A DNA stretch of 64,000 nt from Octopus sinensis (GCF_006345805.1 NC_043006.1:20894001-20958000); one strand, 5' to 3'. Positions 24,091-38,845 are shown, numbered from the stretch's first letter. Notes: generated by a model not told the origin, from the letters alone. Program-made: numbers and translations.

Positions 24091-24331
24091 TTCGTGTATG
24101 CGCTGTTGTATAGGATCACTACAAACAAGACTATTACAAACACAACCGGACCGAACATCACAACTAAAGAAAGTAGTGGCTTTTGCGAAAGACTTTACGG
24201 TTATCATCAATGAGTAAAGCAGAGAAGAAATGTTGGGAAGAGGCAGAAATGAGTGCATCAACAGACGACACAGGTCTGAAAAAATTCCACTTGTATAACA
24301 GAAAAAATATGCTACATGCTAAAGTTATCAG

Positions 24332-24980
24332 TGTAGGCGCGTGGCTTAGTGGTTAGGGTGTTGGATTCATGATCGTAAGATTGTGATTTCGATTCCTCGA
24401 CCGGGAAAAGCATTTTCTTCTTGAGCAAAACACTTCATTTCACGTTGCTCCAATCCACTCAGCTGGCAAAAATGAATAATCCTGCGGCGGACCGGTGTCC
24501 CGTCCAGGTGGAGAATATTTTTTTTTTGGAAGCACTCCGTCGGTTACGACGACGAGGGTTCCGGTTGATCCGGATCAACGGAACAGCCTGCTCGTGAAAT
24601 TAACGTGTAAGTGGCTGAGCACTCCACAGACACGTGCACCCTTAACGTAGTTCTCGGGGATATTCAGCGTGACACAGAGAGTGACAAGGCCGGCCCTTTG
24701 AAATACAGGTACAACAGAAACAGGAAGTAAGAGTGAGAGAAAGTTGTGGTGAAAGAGTACAGCAGGGATCACCACCATCCCCTGCCGGAGCCTCGTGGAG
24801 CTTTAGGTGTTTTTATCTCAATAAACACTCACAACGCCCGGTCGGAAATCGAAACCGCGATCCTATGACCGCGAGTCCGCTGCCCTAACCACTGGGCCAT
24901 TGCGCCTCCACTGGAGAATATATATGCCCTGGAAACCGGGAAACCCGTCTTGTGGATCTCTATGACTAGGGAAGGAACTG
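24332..24980 (+). mobile_element. CORE-type SINE interrupted by SINE-C1
   Basis: tRNA-like head, CTTGAGCAAAACACTTCATTTCACGTTGCTCCAATCCACTCAGCTG block; tail resumes after the insertion. Confidence 0.75.
24519..24911 (-). mobile_element. SINE family C (tRNA-Arg-like head, C1 tail), full length
   Basis: 10-bp TSD TGGAGAATAT (24509-24518, 24912-24921); poly(A) tail; TCG anticodon-like loop. Confidence 0.92.
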
Positions 24981-25259
24981 TATATGGCCCTTTACTACAG
25001 TCAACGTGTACATCCTGCTATATCGATTTACAGATGTTTACTTGACAACATCCAACACACAAAGAGCAAGGCCTGCAACTACTCACAGCAAATGATTTTA
25101 TCGAACACTCATATCTAATTCTCTTCTTTACAGATATTAAATCAATACATCAACTGTATCGATCTCCTAAGTAATGAACACTACCTACAAAAGTCAAGGT
25201 CATTGCTCTTTTCTCATGACTATACCATAATTAAAAAAATGCAAGAAGCACAAACACGC

Positions 25260-25291
<32 letters not shown>

Positions 25292-25626
25292 GCGCACACA
25301 CACACACACGCACACACACACATGCATTTGTGGAAAGTTAAGCCGCCACTAATTGTTTTTATGTGCCTGTGTAGCCGCGAGAAGACGTAGACATTCCTTT
25401 TTGACTCTCCAGCATCAGGTTATTTGGTATATTACAGCTGAATGGTCAGCGAGGTAGCATCATTTGAAAAGTATACCAATGCGAGGAAACACATTTTGAT
25501 CAGTGATATACAGTATAACCAGATTCGACAGTCAGGTCGATACTATAATACATACATACATACATATGTATGTAGGTATATATGTATACGTGTGTGTGTG
25601 TATATACATATGCGTGTGTGTGTGTG

Positions 25627-25673
<47 letters not shown>

Positions 25674-25691
25674 TATATATTATATTATATT

Positions 25692-26002
25692 ATCACCGTG
25701 ATCACCGTGACCGACCAGGCTATCAGATGTTGCTACACATCGCTGGTCACAATGCGCTTCGCATTGTTTTTTAGCCTTCAAATGACGCCACCCCGCTGGC
25801 TAAGCGAGCAGGCCAACAGAAGAAAGAGAGAAAGTTGTGGCGAAAGAGTACAGCAGGGATCGCCACCACCCCCTGCCGGAGCCTCGTGGAGCTTTAGGTG
25901 TTTCCGCTCAATAGACACTCACAACGCCCGGTCTGGGGATCGAAACCGCGATCCTACAACCGCGAGTCCGCTGCCCTAACCACTGGGCCATTGCGCCTCC
26001 AC
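25692..26002 (-). mobile_element. SINE family C with C2 tail
   Basis: Same head and central domain as C1; different 3' half ending GGTCACGGTGATCACGGTGATA. Confidence 0.9.
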
Positions 26003-26214
26003 ATATTATATTATATTATATATATATATAGTTGAGGAGATATGAGTGATTATAGTGATTATGGTGATTTTGACTGCTATTTCTGGGCATGTTAGGGTTT
26101 GTAACCCTCTCTGTTATAATTGTGATCTTTCACAATTATTGCACCCTTCTTTTACACACACACACACACACACACACAAATACACACACACACACACACA
26201 CATTAGCTGACGTA

Positions 26215-27138
26215 CTAGTAATCCCCGGGATAGATGAGCTTATCCCTTGGTCTCGTTCTCATAATTGTTTCGCTTATCCAATAACAATAATACAAAGTTT
26301 GTAGCCCTTAAAGCGGTTTTTGTGCATTTCCAGAGAATACCGAACTGTCTTACACAGGATCTTGTTTTTAGGAATTCTCAATAAGATATGAATACCGAAA
26401 TTGCGAAGTCAGTTGCGTAATAACATGAAATTAGTTACCCAATAGTAAGAATTCAAATAAAGTAGCCCCGAAAAGGGCTTTAATGCGGTCTTAGAGTATA
26501 CAGAACATAGGAGGAGATACTAATAAGGTATGTATACTAAAATCATCGTGAAACATGTTACGTAATAACAGGCTAATCAGATATGAGATAATAACAATTC
26601 AAAGTAAATAACTCTGAAAGGGGCTTTTGTGCGTTCCCAGACAATATTACCCTCAGTGGTGGTATATTCGCGAATAAGTTACTAACCGAAATAAGTGGAT
26701 GTATTGTTTAGGAAAATACTATTTACTTGTTTAAGTGTTGTACTGGATAAATTGCGAAAATACTAAGAAATAAGCATACTCAATTTCCTTTTTACCAAAA
26801 AATTTACGAAAATGAATGGGTTATTTCCCTTGGCTATATATAAGTATCCCATACAGGGGCGAATGGGTTATTTGCCTTGGTTTTTAAAATGAAATATATT
26901 AGATATATATATAAGGATCCCTATTATCTATTTTTTTCAACAATCTGAGTATGCCATGGGGTTTTCAGACATGAGTCCTACTCACGTGTCAAGTTTCATC
27001 AAAATCAATAAAACTATGTAGGAGGAGTTAGCGAACAACTCCACAAGTACGCCCACAGACAGAATTTCCCACATATGTAGCGTATATATAAATATATATA
27101 TATATATATAATATATATATTATATATAATATATATAT

Positions 27139-27170
<32 letters not shown>

Positions 27171-27180
27171 ATATACAGAG
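26215..27180 (-). mobile_element. Probable non-autonomous Helitron
   Basis: Minus-strand 3' end GGGATA-agctcatc-TATCCC...CTAG|T at 26215; 5' part has GATTTTGATGAAACTTGACAC like the 8240 element; 5' boundary lost in the TA tract. Confidence 0.55.
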
Positions 27181-27602
27181 AGAGATAGAGATAGAGAGAG
27201 AGCGAGCGAGAGCTGCAACAGCACCTAGGCGGTATCAATTTTCAGCTGACTAGGTTGGAGCAACGGGAAATGAAGCTTCTTACTCAAAGACATAACCCAC
27301 CGTCTGTTTCAGTAAAACAAACTCACGAACTTAACATGAAATAAACACCTCAACCTTTAGGCTGCATGCGTTCACACACACAGACACAAAACAGACACAG
27401 ACACACACACACTATCGAATACGCTTATAGTAAGGAGAACGAACAAATATATGTATAGTGGAAACATTGAAAGTTATTTATTCCATAAACCTAATGTATA
27501 GGGAAACAAATAAATGTCAGCAAGACATAGCGACTGGAATATTTATCGAACAAACCTCTTCGTGGTCAACATCCAGAGAGACTGAACTGAAGCAATTATC
27601 CT

Positions 27603-27825
27603 TATTTCTTTACTACCCACAAGGGGCTAAACATAGAGGGGACAAACAAGGACAGACAAATGGATTAAGTCGATTACATCGACCCCAGTGCGTAACTGGT
27701 ACTTAGTTTACCAACCCCGAAAGGATGAAAGGTAAAGTCGACCTCGGCGGAATTTGAACTCAGAACGTAACGGCAGACGAAATACGGCTACGCATTTCAC
27801 CCGGCGTGCTAACGGTTCAGCCAGC
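27603..27825 (-). mobile_element. SINE family B
   Basis: Matches B1; flanking GCAATTATCCT direct repeat. Confidence 0.9.
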
Positions 27826-28312
27826 AATTATCCTGTCGAGCGAGTTGCCAAGACCAATGTAAATCTTCCACGCCAGGTGTCCCGATTGAATGATGCAAGA
27901 TGAATAAGTTAATTTGCCCGAAATATTCTGCACCCCTCATGCTGCATCCTTTGATTACAACGTACCCTGGCTCAGACGGTTACGTGTTATTAAACCCATA
28001 GACAGACCCCTGACTGGTGCAGCTACACCGAATCGGTGCAGACCTGGGGGAAATAGTGGCTTAGAGATGGTTCCAGACTCTTTAAATCCAACCATGGTAC
28101 TCTCGGACGAGGGCTTCATTCGAGGCACAGTTTAAAGTTACACTAGGGACAGTAGGACATTTGTAAATCAAAATAGAAACATAAGGAAACAAATAAAATA
28201 AAATAAAGACCAGTAGCGATAACTTCATTTGTGGAATGGTGAGAAAGAACTATAAAGAGCAAAGAGCAGAACCTAACAGCACTGATCAAACCATGTCGTA
28301 TTGCATCCATTA

Positions 28313-28570
28313 GGGCAGAAAGCTGGCAGAATCGTTAGTACGCCGGGCAAAAAGCTTAGCAGCATTTCGCCCGCCTTTATGTTTTGAATTCACATTCCGC
28401 CGAGGTTGACTTTACTTTTCATCCTTTCGGGAACGATGTAACCGACTTAACCTACCTCCACCTCGGAATTGCTGGTCGATAAAGTAAGTATCATTTGAGT
28501 ACTGGGACCGATGTAATCGATTTATTCCTTTCTCCGAACTTGCAGGCCTGGTGCCAAATTTTAAAACTAA
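28313..28570 (+). mobile_element. Degenerate SINE-B (B2 tail)
   Basis: Head, central domain and GGCCTGGTGCC tail. Confidence 0.7.
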
Positions 28571-29436
28571 TATTTCTGAAACTATGACAAATTGTATTTG
28601 GAAATGATGTGGACATTAAGTCCTGCTTTATTATTGTGAGAAATTAAAGCAGAAAGCACAGATGTTTTCATTGAAGAAAAGAATGCCAATTCATTCTTTC
28701 ATCGACATATAAATCCATTCTGATGGAGAAAAAAAAAATGCTTTATTTCTGGAAAAGATTTAGAAACTCTCAAAGTGTAAAGGCCTTACGATAGTAGGAA
28801 AACATTAGGTAGAATGGCTGGCTGGCTGGCTGGCTGGATTTGCAAACTCCATTATGATACGAGCATTAAGGATGACAAACGTAAAGAATATAGATATAAA
28901 TATACCATTGATAAGTTATAGACTCAATCTTTTACATTTACAACCATTGCTAACAAAATGCCATATATATATTTATATAATATACTCTGAATGCGTTCTT
29001 CTTGAGACGATATTACCATACTATCAGCAAACACACGTATCAAGTGTACACAGAACAACTTGATGGTAAAAATCTATTTTCCTACAATATTTTTCTTTAT
29101 CTGAAATCTACTGGAAGATGCATATGCTTCGAATGTATTTTGTCTATTTTTTAATCTTTTTTTTTTATTTTTAGACTGGTGGATCGATGCGACTGGACTT
29201 AGTTACCAAAGTTAATGGTTAATTTGAAGAATTGTTTTAGAGAGAAAACGTTGGCGGAATGCAAAGATACAGATAAATGCGAGTTTTTAGGATCGATATA
29301 TTGGTCTAAATTATTTAGTATACGGGATGAGGGGGAAACAGAAAATAAATGAAATATGTGAAAGTGAATATTGAATACCACTATCATCGTGGTGGTGGTG
29401 GTGGTCGTCGTCGTCGTTGGCGTTACTGCCTCCACC

Positions 29437-29822
29437 GTGGAGGCGCAATGGCCCAGTGGTTAGGGCAGCGGACTCGCGGTCACAGGATTGCGGTTTCGAT
29501 TCCCAGACCGGGCGTTGTGAGTGTTTATTGAGCGAAAACACCTAAAAGCTCCACGAGGCTCCGGCAGGGGATGGTGGTGATCCCTGCTGTACTCTTTCAC
29601 CACAACTTTCTCTCACTCTTACTTCCTGTTTCTGTTGTACCTGTGATTTCAAGGGGCCGGCCTTGTCACTCTCTGTGTCACGCTGAAATCCCCGAGAACT
29701 ACGTTAAGGGTACACGTGTCTGTGGAGAGTGCTCAGCCACTTACACGTTATTTCCCGAGCAGGCTGTTCCGTTGATTCGGATCAACCGGAACCCTCGTCG
29801 TCGTAACCGACGGAGTGCTTCC
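29437..29822 (+). mobile_element. SINE family C, C1 tail
   Basis: Near-identical to 24519 and 43021. Confidence 0.92.
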
Positions 29823-30189
29823 CCCCCCACCTACCTCCACCACAGTCACCGTCGCTACTAACGTCATCGTCATCGTCACATTGTAAGCTGGGGGTGGGGG
29901 GGGGGGGGGGGGGAACGCATTTCAGGGGCTGAGTGTAGGAGACGCAGTGTAGAACTGGGATAAAGATGCGCTAATTGTAGCGCTGGGCTAGGACGCTGAA
30001 TATCCCGGCACCGACTCTGGGCACAACAGCACATTTTGCTTTCTTTCTTCTCTTTCATCTTTTTTTGCTTTTGCCTGTTCCTAAGTCCCCTTCTGCCTTT
30101 ATTTTTCTCACACACTTCACTTTCATTCTCAGCTGTCCAACATATTTCTCTTGAAAGTGCCGTTGCATTACGTTATATTATTTTAAATT

Positions 30190-30494
30190 ATTGTTTGTTC
30201 CTTCGCGAGCCACGCCTGGTTCATAAGGACCGGTTTCCCGGTTTTCTTGGCGTATAGGTTCCCCACCTGGACGGGACGCCGGTCCGTCGCAGGTGAGCTG
30301 CAAGATGCAGGAGGAAAGAGTGAGAGAAAGTTGTGACAAAAGAGTCAGCAGAAGTTCGCCATTACCTTCTGTCGGAGTCGCGTGGAGCTTAGGTGTTTCG
30401 CTCATAAACACTCACATCGCCCGGTCTGAGATTCTAACCCGTGATCCCTTGACCGCGAGTCGGCTGCTCTAACCACTAGGCCATGTGCCTCCAC
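30190..30494 (-). mobile_element. SINE family C head and centre with a third tail (C3)
   Basis: Tail CCTGCGACGGACCGGCGTCCCGTCCAGGTGG...GAAACCGGGAAACC is shared with the CORE-type SINE at 24332. Confidence 0.8.
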
Positions 30495-30574
30495 ACATTT
30501 TAAATTATACTATACTGTATTACTACAAAAAACATTTCTTTATATATATAATATTCTTTTCTATTCTAGTCACA

Positions 30575-30760
30575 AAACCCAAAACTTTTGGGGAGGTGGC
30601 CAGTCGATTAGACCGATCCCAAGACGCAACTGGTACTTAATTTATCGACCCTGAAAGGTAAAGTCGACCTCGGCGAAATTTGAACTCAGAAAGTAATGGC
30701 AGATGAAATACTGCTAAGCATCTCCCCCCAGCGTGCTAACGTTTTCTGCCAGCTCGCCTT
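30575..30760 (-). mobile_element. SINE-B (B2 tail)
   Basis: Central domain and head match family B. Confidence 0.75.
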
Positions 30761-30992
30761 ATATATATATATATATATATCATAATATTATAATCGTCTT
30801 AGATTATGCTTTATCGCAATTTTTGACACAAGTATACACATTACCATTTTACCCGTGTTCAAGAACCACTTAGATCTATATATGTTCCATATGTGTGCAT
30901 GAGAAGTACTTAAGTTACATTTGTTCGTGTGCGTGTGTATACATACATATATATACACACACACATACATACACGCACACACGCACGCACAC

Positions 30993-31050
<58 letters not shown>

Positions 31051-31059
<9 letters not shown>

Positions 31060-31318
31060 ATTAAGGGTAGAAATTGATATTTATCAATTAAAACCAGTGG
31101 TCTAGCATATTAAAAAAGAATCCGAAGATTAAAATATTTATATATACCAATTAAGGATTGAACACGAAAAGTGGACAGTCAACATGCTAGATATAGACGT
31201 CAAATCGACATTCTCCACAAAAGATTATGTTCTCAAATCTTTTGTGGAGAATGGCGATTTGACGTCTATATCTAGCATGTTGACTGTCCACTTTTCGTGT
31301 TCAGTCCTTAATTGGTAT
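31051..31318. mobile_element. PLE-type terminal-repeat fragment forming an 83-bp-arm hairpin
   Basis: Arms 31144-31226 and 31236-31318 (2 mismatches); same sequence as the hammerhead-linked repeat at 47770-47947 and 48270-48360. Confidence 0.75.
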
Positions 31319-31320
31319 TA

Positions 31321-31384
<64 letters not shown>

Positions 31385-31791
31385 GTTGTTTAGTTGTCCA
31401 CATATACAGTTGTATTTCAGTTATGGCTGAACTTTTATAGAGAATGAGTAATAGTGATGTTTATCATCACCAAACATTTGCTGACTCACACAAACAAAAG
31501 GTACTTTGTCACCAGAATATCTAAGATTGTTCACTTTGGACGAATATTAAGAGATAAATGACAATCACCTTTCGGTGCCTGTATAATCGGGGTTGGTCAA
31601 TCAATAGATAAGAACAATTATCTCAACTTTCGCTTGATGATATCATTTCGGACGACTAATTAGTTTTCAGGTAATTTGCGTATTGTTTGTCTTGTGATGA
31701 ATGAGATGGCAGATCGTGAAGTCAGGCGTGTTGAAATGCAGTGAAAAATTGAAATCAGTTCATTTTTGTTCTCGTTTATTGTTTAGCAGTG

Positions 31792-32030
31792 AAGGCGCGT
31801 AACCCACTGGTTAGGATGTTGTAATAACGATCTTGCAATCTTGGTTTTGATTTCAGGATCGAACGGTGCGAAATATCGATCTTGAGCGAAATATTTCATT
31901 GCACACTGCTCCAGTCCACTCCGCTGTAAATGAATAACCCTGCGACGGACTGACGTCCTCTTTGGAAGCAATGTTGTAATCTCGGTCAGCTATGCTCTCC
32001 AGAAACTGAGTAAACAGCCCTATGAGTCCA
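31792..32030 (+). mobile_element. Degenerate CORE-type SINE
   Basis: CTTGAGCGAAATATTTCATTGCACACTGCTCCAGTCCACTCCGCTGTAAATGAATAACCCTGCGACGGACTG. Confidence 0.65.
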
Positions 32031-33019
32031 TGGACACAAAACAGTAACGGCCTGGGGGCCTACTTTTATTTACTTACTCTTTATCGTTTCGGTGGTGGAA
32101 GTAATCAACCAACTATTTTTTGTTTTTTAATCTTTCAATTAGTAGAGAATGGATTGCTCATGACTCTTTACAGAGCTACCCGAGACAGGAGTCAGGGTAG
32201 TTGGTAGTAAATAATCAGGAAACCTAGATCGAATGTTTCCAGTGGACTGGATTTCGTTATAAATACCGAAGGTACCTGCTGAGTGACAGACTCAGTCTAC
32301 CATCTATACATGCCAAAGAACCGGAGCAAATACTGTAAGGCATTTGGTTCAACCGTCTAACAAAAAGTACCAATCTACCGTGCTATACTGGTACTTTTTT
32401 CTGTTTTCATTGAACACGAAAGGATGAAGGATAAAGCTCACCTCGAAGGAATTTGAACTCAGAGCGCCGAATTTTAACGCAAATACCACGACCCATGCAA
32501 ACTGTTGCCCTTACGACTGCCAATCAACAACACGTCAATAGTGTTGTAGCTGACGTTTTTGTTAATGTTTAACCCTAGTCAGCCGTGTTTGGGCAAACTT
32601 ATAAGCAAAGAGATTCTAAAGCTTGTTTCTGAATTAGGCACAGGGCCAACAGTTTTGAGAGGAAGGGTTAATCGATCTCATCGGACCCAGTACTTGATTG
32701 GTAATTTATTTTATCGACGCCGAAATCGTAAAAGTAATGGTCACTTGTGTGAGAATTAAACCGAGAAGCTAAAGAAACAGGGTGAGTGCTGCGAAGTTGT
32801 TTTTCTTTTAACATTTCCGACGCTTTAGTGATTCTACTAAGTTATCGCCTTAAGGCGAATGATTCCTCCAGATTTTAGCACATGGTCAGCAATTTTAAGG
32901 GTGGGGTACTTTATTTTATCGACTCTGAAAGGATGAAAGGCCAAGCTAACCTCGACAGAATTTTAATTCAGAACGTAAAGAGCCGAAAGAAATGCTAACA
33001 CGCTAACAATTCTTATGTC

Positions 33020-33658
33020 TTTACAAGGGGCTACAAACAGAAGGGACAAACAAGGACAGACAAACGGATTAAGTCGATTACATCGACCCCAGTGCATAAC
33101 TGGTACTTAATTTATCGACCCCGAAAGGATGAAAGGTAAAGTCGACCTCGGCGGAATTTGAACTCAGAACGTAACGGCAGACAAAATACTGCTAAGCATT
33201 TCGCCCGACGTGCTAACGTTTCTGCCAGCTCGCCGCCTTTTCAATTTCTTTACTACCCACAAGGGGCTAAACAGAGAGGACAAATAAGGACAGACAAACG
33301 GATTAAGTCGATCACATCGACCCCAGTGCATAACTGGTACTTATTTAAATGACCCCGAAAGGATGAAAGGCAAAGTCGATCTCGGCGGAATTTGAACACA
33401 GAACGTAGCGGCATACAAAATACCTATTTCTTTACTACCCACAAGGGGCTAAACACAGAGAGGACAAACAAGGACAGACAAACGAATTAAGTCGATCACA
33501 TCGACGCTAGTGTGTAACTGGTACTTATGTAATCGACCCCGAAAGGATGAAAGGCAAAGTCGACCTCGGCGGAATTTGAACTCAGAACGTAACGGCAGAC
33601 GAAATACTGCTAAGCATTTCGCCCGGCGTGCTAACGATTCTGCCAGCTCGCCGCCTTA
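33020..33658 (-). mobile_element. Three consecutive SINE-B units (a dimer plus a full monomer)
   Basis: Junction AAAATACCTATTTC at ~33420; heads end at ~33239 and ~33658. Confidence 0.88.
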
Positions 33659-34114
33659 AGGTTTTCTAATATGTGAAAACTTTTATTGGAGAAATTGTGT
33701 TTCTAAGATCACATCAGCCAATGTATCCTATGATTTTTTTTTTTACCCTTTCAGACGGCAGGTTCTAATTTGAGGGATATTTGACTGATGTTTCTTGCAA
33801 GTGAGACGAGCAGATAGGGACTCACTTGTTAGCTATTCCCGTTCATGCACTTTTATTTAGTGTTAATTGATACTTAGCTGAGTTGCTAGACACAAACGTA
33901 AGAATCTGGGTTAAAAGCAAGTTTCTTTGATACGTCACACTCCCACCGATTCTTTTAGTTGCACTTGACGTGGAAAATTTAGGTTATGGTACTAATATTT
34001 CACTTTAGAAAGATTTTATAAAGACAGAATTAAAGCGGCTTACTTGGCGTATATTAGTAAGAAGTTCGATGACAATATAGCTGGAACACACGCACACACA
34101 CGCACACACACACG

Positions 34115-34154
<40 letters not shown>

Positions 34155-34589
34155 ACACCACACACACACACACACACACACATTAGAATTATTTTATTAT
34201 ATTACTTGTCTTAATCATTTGACTGCGGGCATGCTGGAGCACCGCCTTGAAGGACTTAAGTCGAACACATCGACCCCAGGACTGTTTTTTTCAAAGCCTA
34301 GTACTTATTCTATCGGTCTCTTTGGGCAAACTGCTATGCACACACACACACACCACACACAACACACACGCACACAGACATACACACACACATACACAGA
34401 GATCAGTATTTGTTTACGATTCTCTTTGAAATGGGGAAATAAAATTCAAAATTTAAGAAACTAAAAATTAATATCAAACTAGGGTCGTTATAATCGACTT
34501 AATCCGTTTGTCTGTCCTTGTTTGTCCTCTCTGTGTTTAGCCCCTTGTGGGTAGTAAAGAAATAAATATGGTTATTACAAAAATATAAG

Positions 34590-34975
34590 AATAATAAATC
34601 TTCCTAATGTAGAGAACAAAAGCCTGAAATTTTGGGCTATTCGAAAACAGCAAACTCAGTGCACATTTGGTACTTATTTTATCGACTCCCAAAGGGCGGA
34701 AAGACAAAGCCGATCTTAACATTTGAATTCAGAGTGTTAGGTGCTGGAAACAATGCCTATTTCTTTACTACCCACAAGGGGCTAAACACAGAGAGGACAA
34801 ACAAGGACAGACAAACGGATTAAGTCGATTATATCGACCCCGGTGCGTAACTGGTACTTATTTAATCGACCCCGAAAGGATGAAAGGCAAAGTCGACCTC
34901 GGCGGAATTTGAACTCAGAACGTAGCGCCAGACGAAATACTGCTAAACATTTCGCCCGACGTGCTAACGTTTACA
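34590..34975 (-). mobile_element. SINE-B heterodimer (B1 followed by a diverged B2)
   Basis: Junction AATGCCTATTTC at ~34752-34763. Confidence 0.7.
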
Positions 34976-35105
34976 ATAGAACAATAGCTAGATAGATACA
35001 TACATAATACATATATACGCACGTACATATGTACATGTTCATAATGCGTACATACATACACATACAGAAGACATGTACACACACACACTCATACATACAC
35101 ACACA

Positions 35106-35157
<52 letters not shown>

Positions 35158-35992
35158 CGATGAACGGGATTAAAAATCCGAGCTGGATCCTCAGAAAGCA
35201 CTTCTACTAGCAGAGTGTATACCTCTAAATACTGTATCTTAAAAGAGAAAACTCTCCATACAAAATGAAAATAGGTATGCATTAAATCAGAAACTCGAAA
35301 TTATGGTGTTATATTTAATACCATTATATCATCCTTTATACACACAGCTATACAAACATACATACATGCGTACATATATACACGCACACATAGATATAAA
35401 ACAATGAAGCACACAGACACACACACGCGCACACGCACACACACACACTCACACACACACACACACACACACAGCTATAAAGGAGAACTTAGAAAAAGTT
35501 ATAACATCGCTTACAGGAAAGGACCACGTCTCAGCCATAATGCGTATTGCAGTGCTAAACTGGACTCCAAAAATGACACCAAGAATTAATTCATCCACAT
35601 TAGAAACCTTAATCTAATAAGCTAGGGTTACTCACACCAGCAGCTGGTCAACGGGGAATTCGGTCTACACAGTATCCAGTTATGAAATTATAGATATCTA
35701 ATGTTAAAAAATTAAAAGTTTTGGCGTAGCCTATGGGAACCGAACGACTTGTCTCCAGTAAACCGGTTAAACTGGTAATGAACTGACAGTTGTTTAAAGG
35801 TCGAAGAGAATGCTTTGCAGTATTTGTACCGAATTTTCCTGAGTTCAAATTCCGCCAATCTCAACTTTGTCTTTCGGGGTGGTGGCTTGAAGGAACTGTT
35901 GGAACCGCCGACCATATGCCTTGATTTTAGTCGAACAAATCGATCCTAGTATTTTGTTTTTTTAAGTATGGTACTTAACCTATCGATGTATA

Positions 35993-36054
<62 letters not shown>

Positions 36055-36563
36055 TATTATATATATTATATATATATATGATATAATATATATATATATA
36101 TTAGATATATATATATATATATAGATATATATAGTAAAAAAACCACAAATTTCCACACGAAAGCACGTGATTTCTGCCCTTGGCATGTGCTTCACCGTGC
36201 TTTCTGACGTAAATTTGCTACCCGGGTATCGGTTAACCGAATTATCCATACTAGATAATTCATTCAACTACTTATATATATATATATAGATATATATATA
36301 GATATATATATATATATATATATATATATTGACGAAATGTTAGATACCGGCGGCGTAAATAAACGTACAGCGATTGTCAAGCTGTGAAGGGAGACGTACA
36401 ATATACAAACACACACACACACATACTCTCTTACTGATCAATAAACATCGTCGCACGTTTCATCTTCCGTCTCTCTCATTAATCCCCGCCTCCTCACGAT
36501 ATCCGTCTTCCAGATTTACTCACAAAGCATTAGCCAGTCCTCGGATGTAGTAGAGTACACTTC

Positions 36564-36979
36564 GGATCTTTTCGGTTTGAACGGCAGTTTTTTTCTAGCG
36601 GTGTCATATGAAATTGTCACCCATAATTATGACCCTAGTATCGATCTATTGCATTTCAATCTGTTTTAGGGTTAGGGTTTGGGGGGAATGGTACCTCTTT
36701 TTCTTCACAAATGTAAATAAACCCAATCTGTTTCTTAAACGAGGGACATATTCATACGACACACAATGTTTTTTCTTACCTCAATAGACGTCAGTGATTG
36801 GTTGAAATTGCAGAAATTGAAGGAAAAAAACAACAAATATCTTACAAACTACAGAATTTTCTCAATAAAGCCAAGAGAAAAAGATGTTTTATAAACACAT
36901 TCTACCAGTATACGAAGTTTAAAATTTTTTAGTTACCAAGAAATTATGTTAAAAACTGCCGTTCAAACCGAAAAGATCC
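36564..36979. mobile_element. MITE (Merlin-like) inserted in a SINE-A head remnant
   Basis: TIRs as at 7559; TSD TACACTTC/GACACTTC. Confidence 0.88.
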
Positions 36980-37235
36980 GACACTTCTCCAAGTGGGACT
37001 GAACCCGAACCTACATGGTTTTGAAGCGATCTTCTTAATCACAAAGTCATGCTTGGCCTATACTTACGATAAAAAAAGTGGGCCTCCAGAGACTGAAGTT
37101 CTCGTTGTTTTTCTCTCTTTGCGATATGGGCTTGAATTATAGTGGGGAAGGGCTACGCCGAACAACCACCCCTGTCTGTTTCGCACTTGAATTCCTGGTC
37201 ATGTAGGAACACGTGGGAAGATATAGGGATGGCTG

Positions 37236-37660
37236 TACATACATACATGCATGCATACATACATACATACATACATACATACATACATACATACATACAT
37301 ACATACATTCATACATACATACATACATACATACATACATACATACATACATACATACTGTAAAAATCTGTAACACTTTCCAGAAGTTTATCATTTGAGT
37401 ATATATATGAATATGTCTAGACATGCAGCTAATGCATGAGAATAGATACATAAAACAAAACATACAAATCTGCACGTATACATACATACATACATACATA
37501 CATACATACATACATACATACATACATACATACATACATGCATACATACATGCATACATACATACATACATACATACATACATACATACATACATACATG
37601 CATGCATGCATGCATACATACATACATACATACATACATACATACATACATACATACATA
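37236..37660. repeat. Two (CATA)n tracts
   Basis: Direct reading. Confidence 0.95.
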
Positions 37661-37895
37661 GACACCACTTACGAAAATAACTATATAATACAAAGTACAG
37701 ATGACTGGAGATAGGTCATTGCTGATATATACAATAATGTCACATGTTTGCAGATTAAAAAAGATATCAAGAAATATGGAAAAAATTGAATAAAGAAGTG
37801 GTGGTGTGTATATATAACAATGATATCTTTAGTGCCTGTCGGTATAGCTATATATGTGGTTATGCTTCAGTCTATATATGGGTGTATTTGTAAAG

Positions 37896-37935
<40 letters not shown>

Positions 37936-38164
37936 AGAATATAATAACTTCACGTGTACGAACACATTCAAAAGCAAAAACAAAAAAACACACAAATAAA
38001 ACGAAATAAAAAAAACATGAAAAGCCAGAAATTTGCAAAAATGGAAAAATAAAAAGATAGAGTATATGTACTTGAGACGCATTACTTTCTATGTCTTCAG
38101 GAATGCATGGAAATATGCATATGTATTACGAGCGTGTGTATATGGTGTGACTGGTTAGGCGTGT

Positions 38165-38181
38165 TGATATATATATCTATA

Positions 38182-38226
<45 letters not shown>

Positions 38227-38385
38227 ATGTATAATCTATATGTTTATATATATATATAATATATATGTATAATATATATGATAATTATATATATATAGTA
38301 TATGTATATATAATATGATATATATATATATATATATATGATATATATATATGTATATATAATATATATATATATATATGAGATG

Positions 38386-38416
<31 letters not shown>

Positions 38417-38424
38417 GTATATTA

Positions 38425-38462
<38 letters not shown>

Positions 38463-38794
38463 ATATATATAATATATGTATATATATAATATAATATAAT
38501 ATATAATATATGTTAGATATATATATATATATATATATAATATGTATATATATATAATATATATATATATATATGTATTATATATATATCTATATGTATA
38601 TATGATATATATATATATATATGATATTATATATAGATATATTATATGTTTATAATATATATATATAGTATATAATATATATATAATGTATATATGTATA
38701 TATATATATATATATTATCTTATGTATATATGTATGATATATATATATAATATATATATATAGATATATATATTATAGTATATATGTATATATG

Positions 38795-38845
<51 letters not shown>

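Noticed and set aside
29437-29510. tRNA-like A/B boxes with TCG anticodon as a tRNA-Arg gene (also other SINE heads)
   Set aside because: No full cloverleaf acceptor stem; always continues into SINE body
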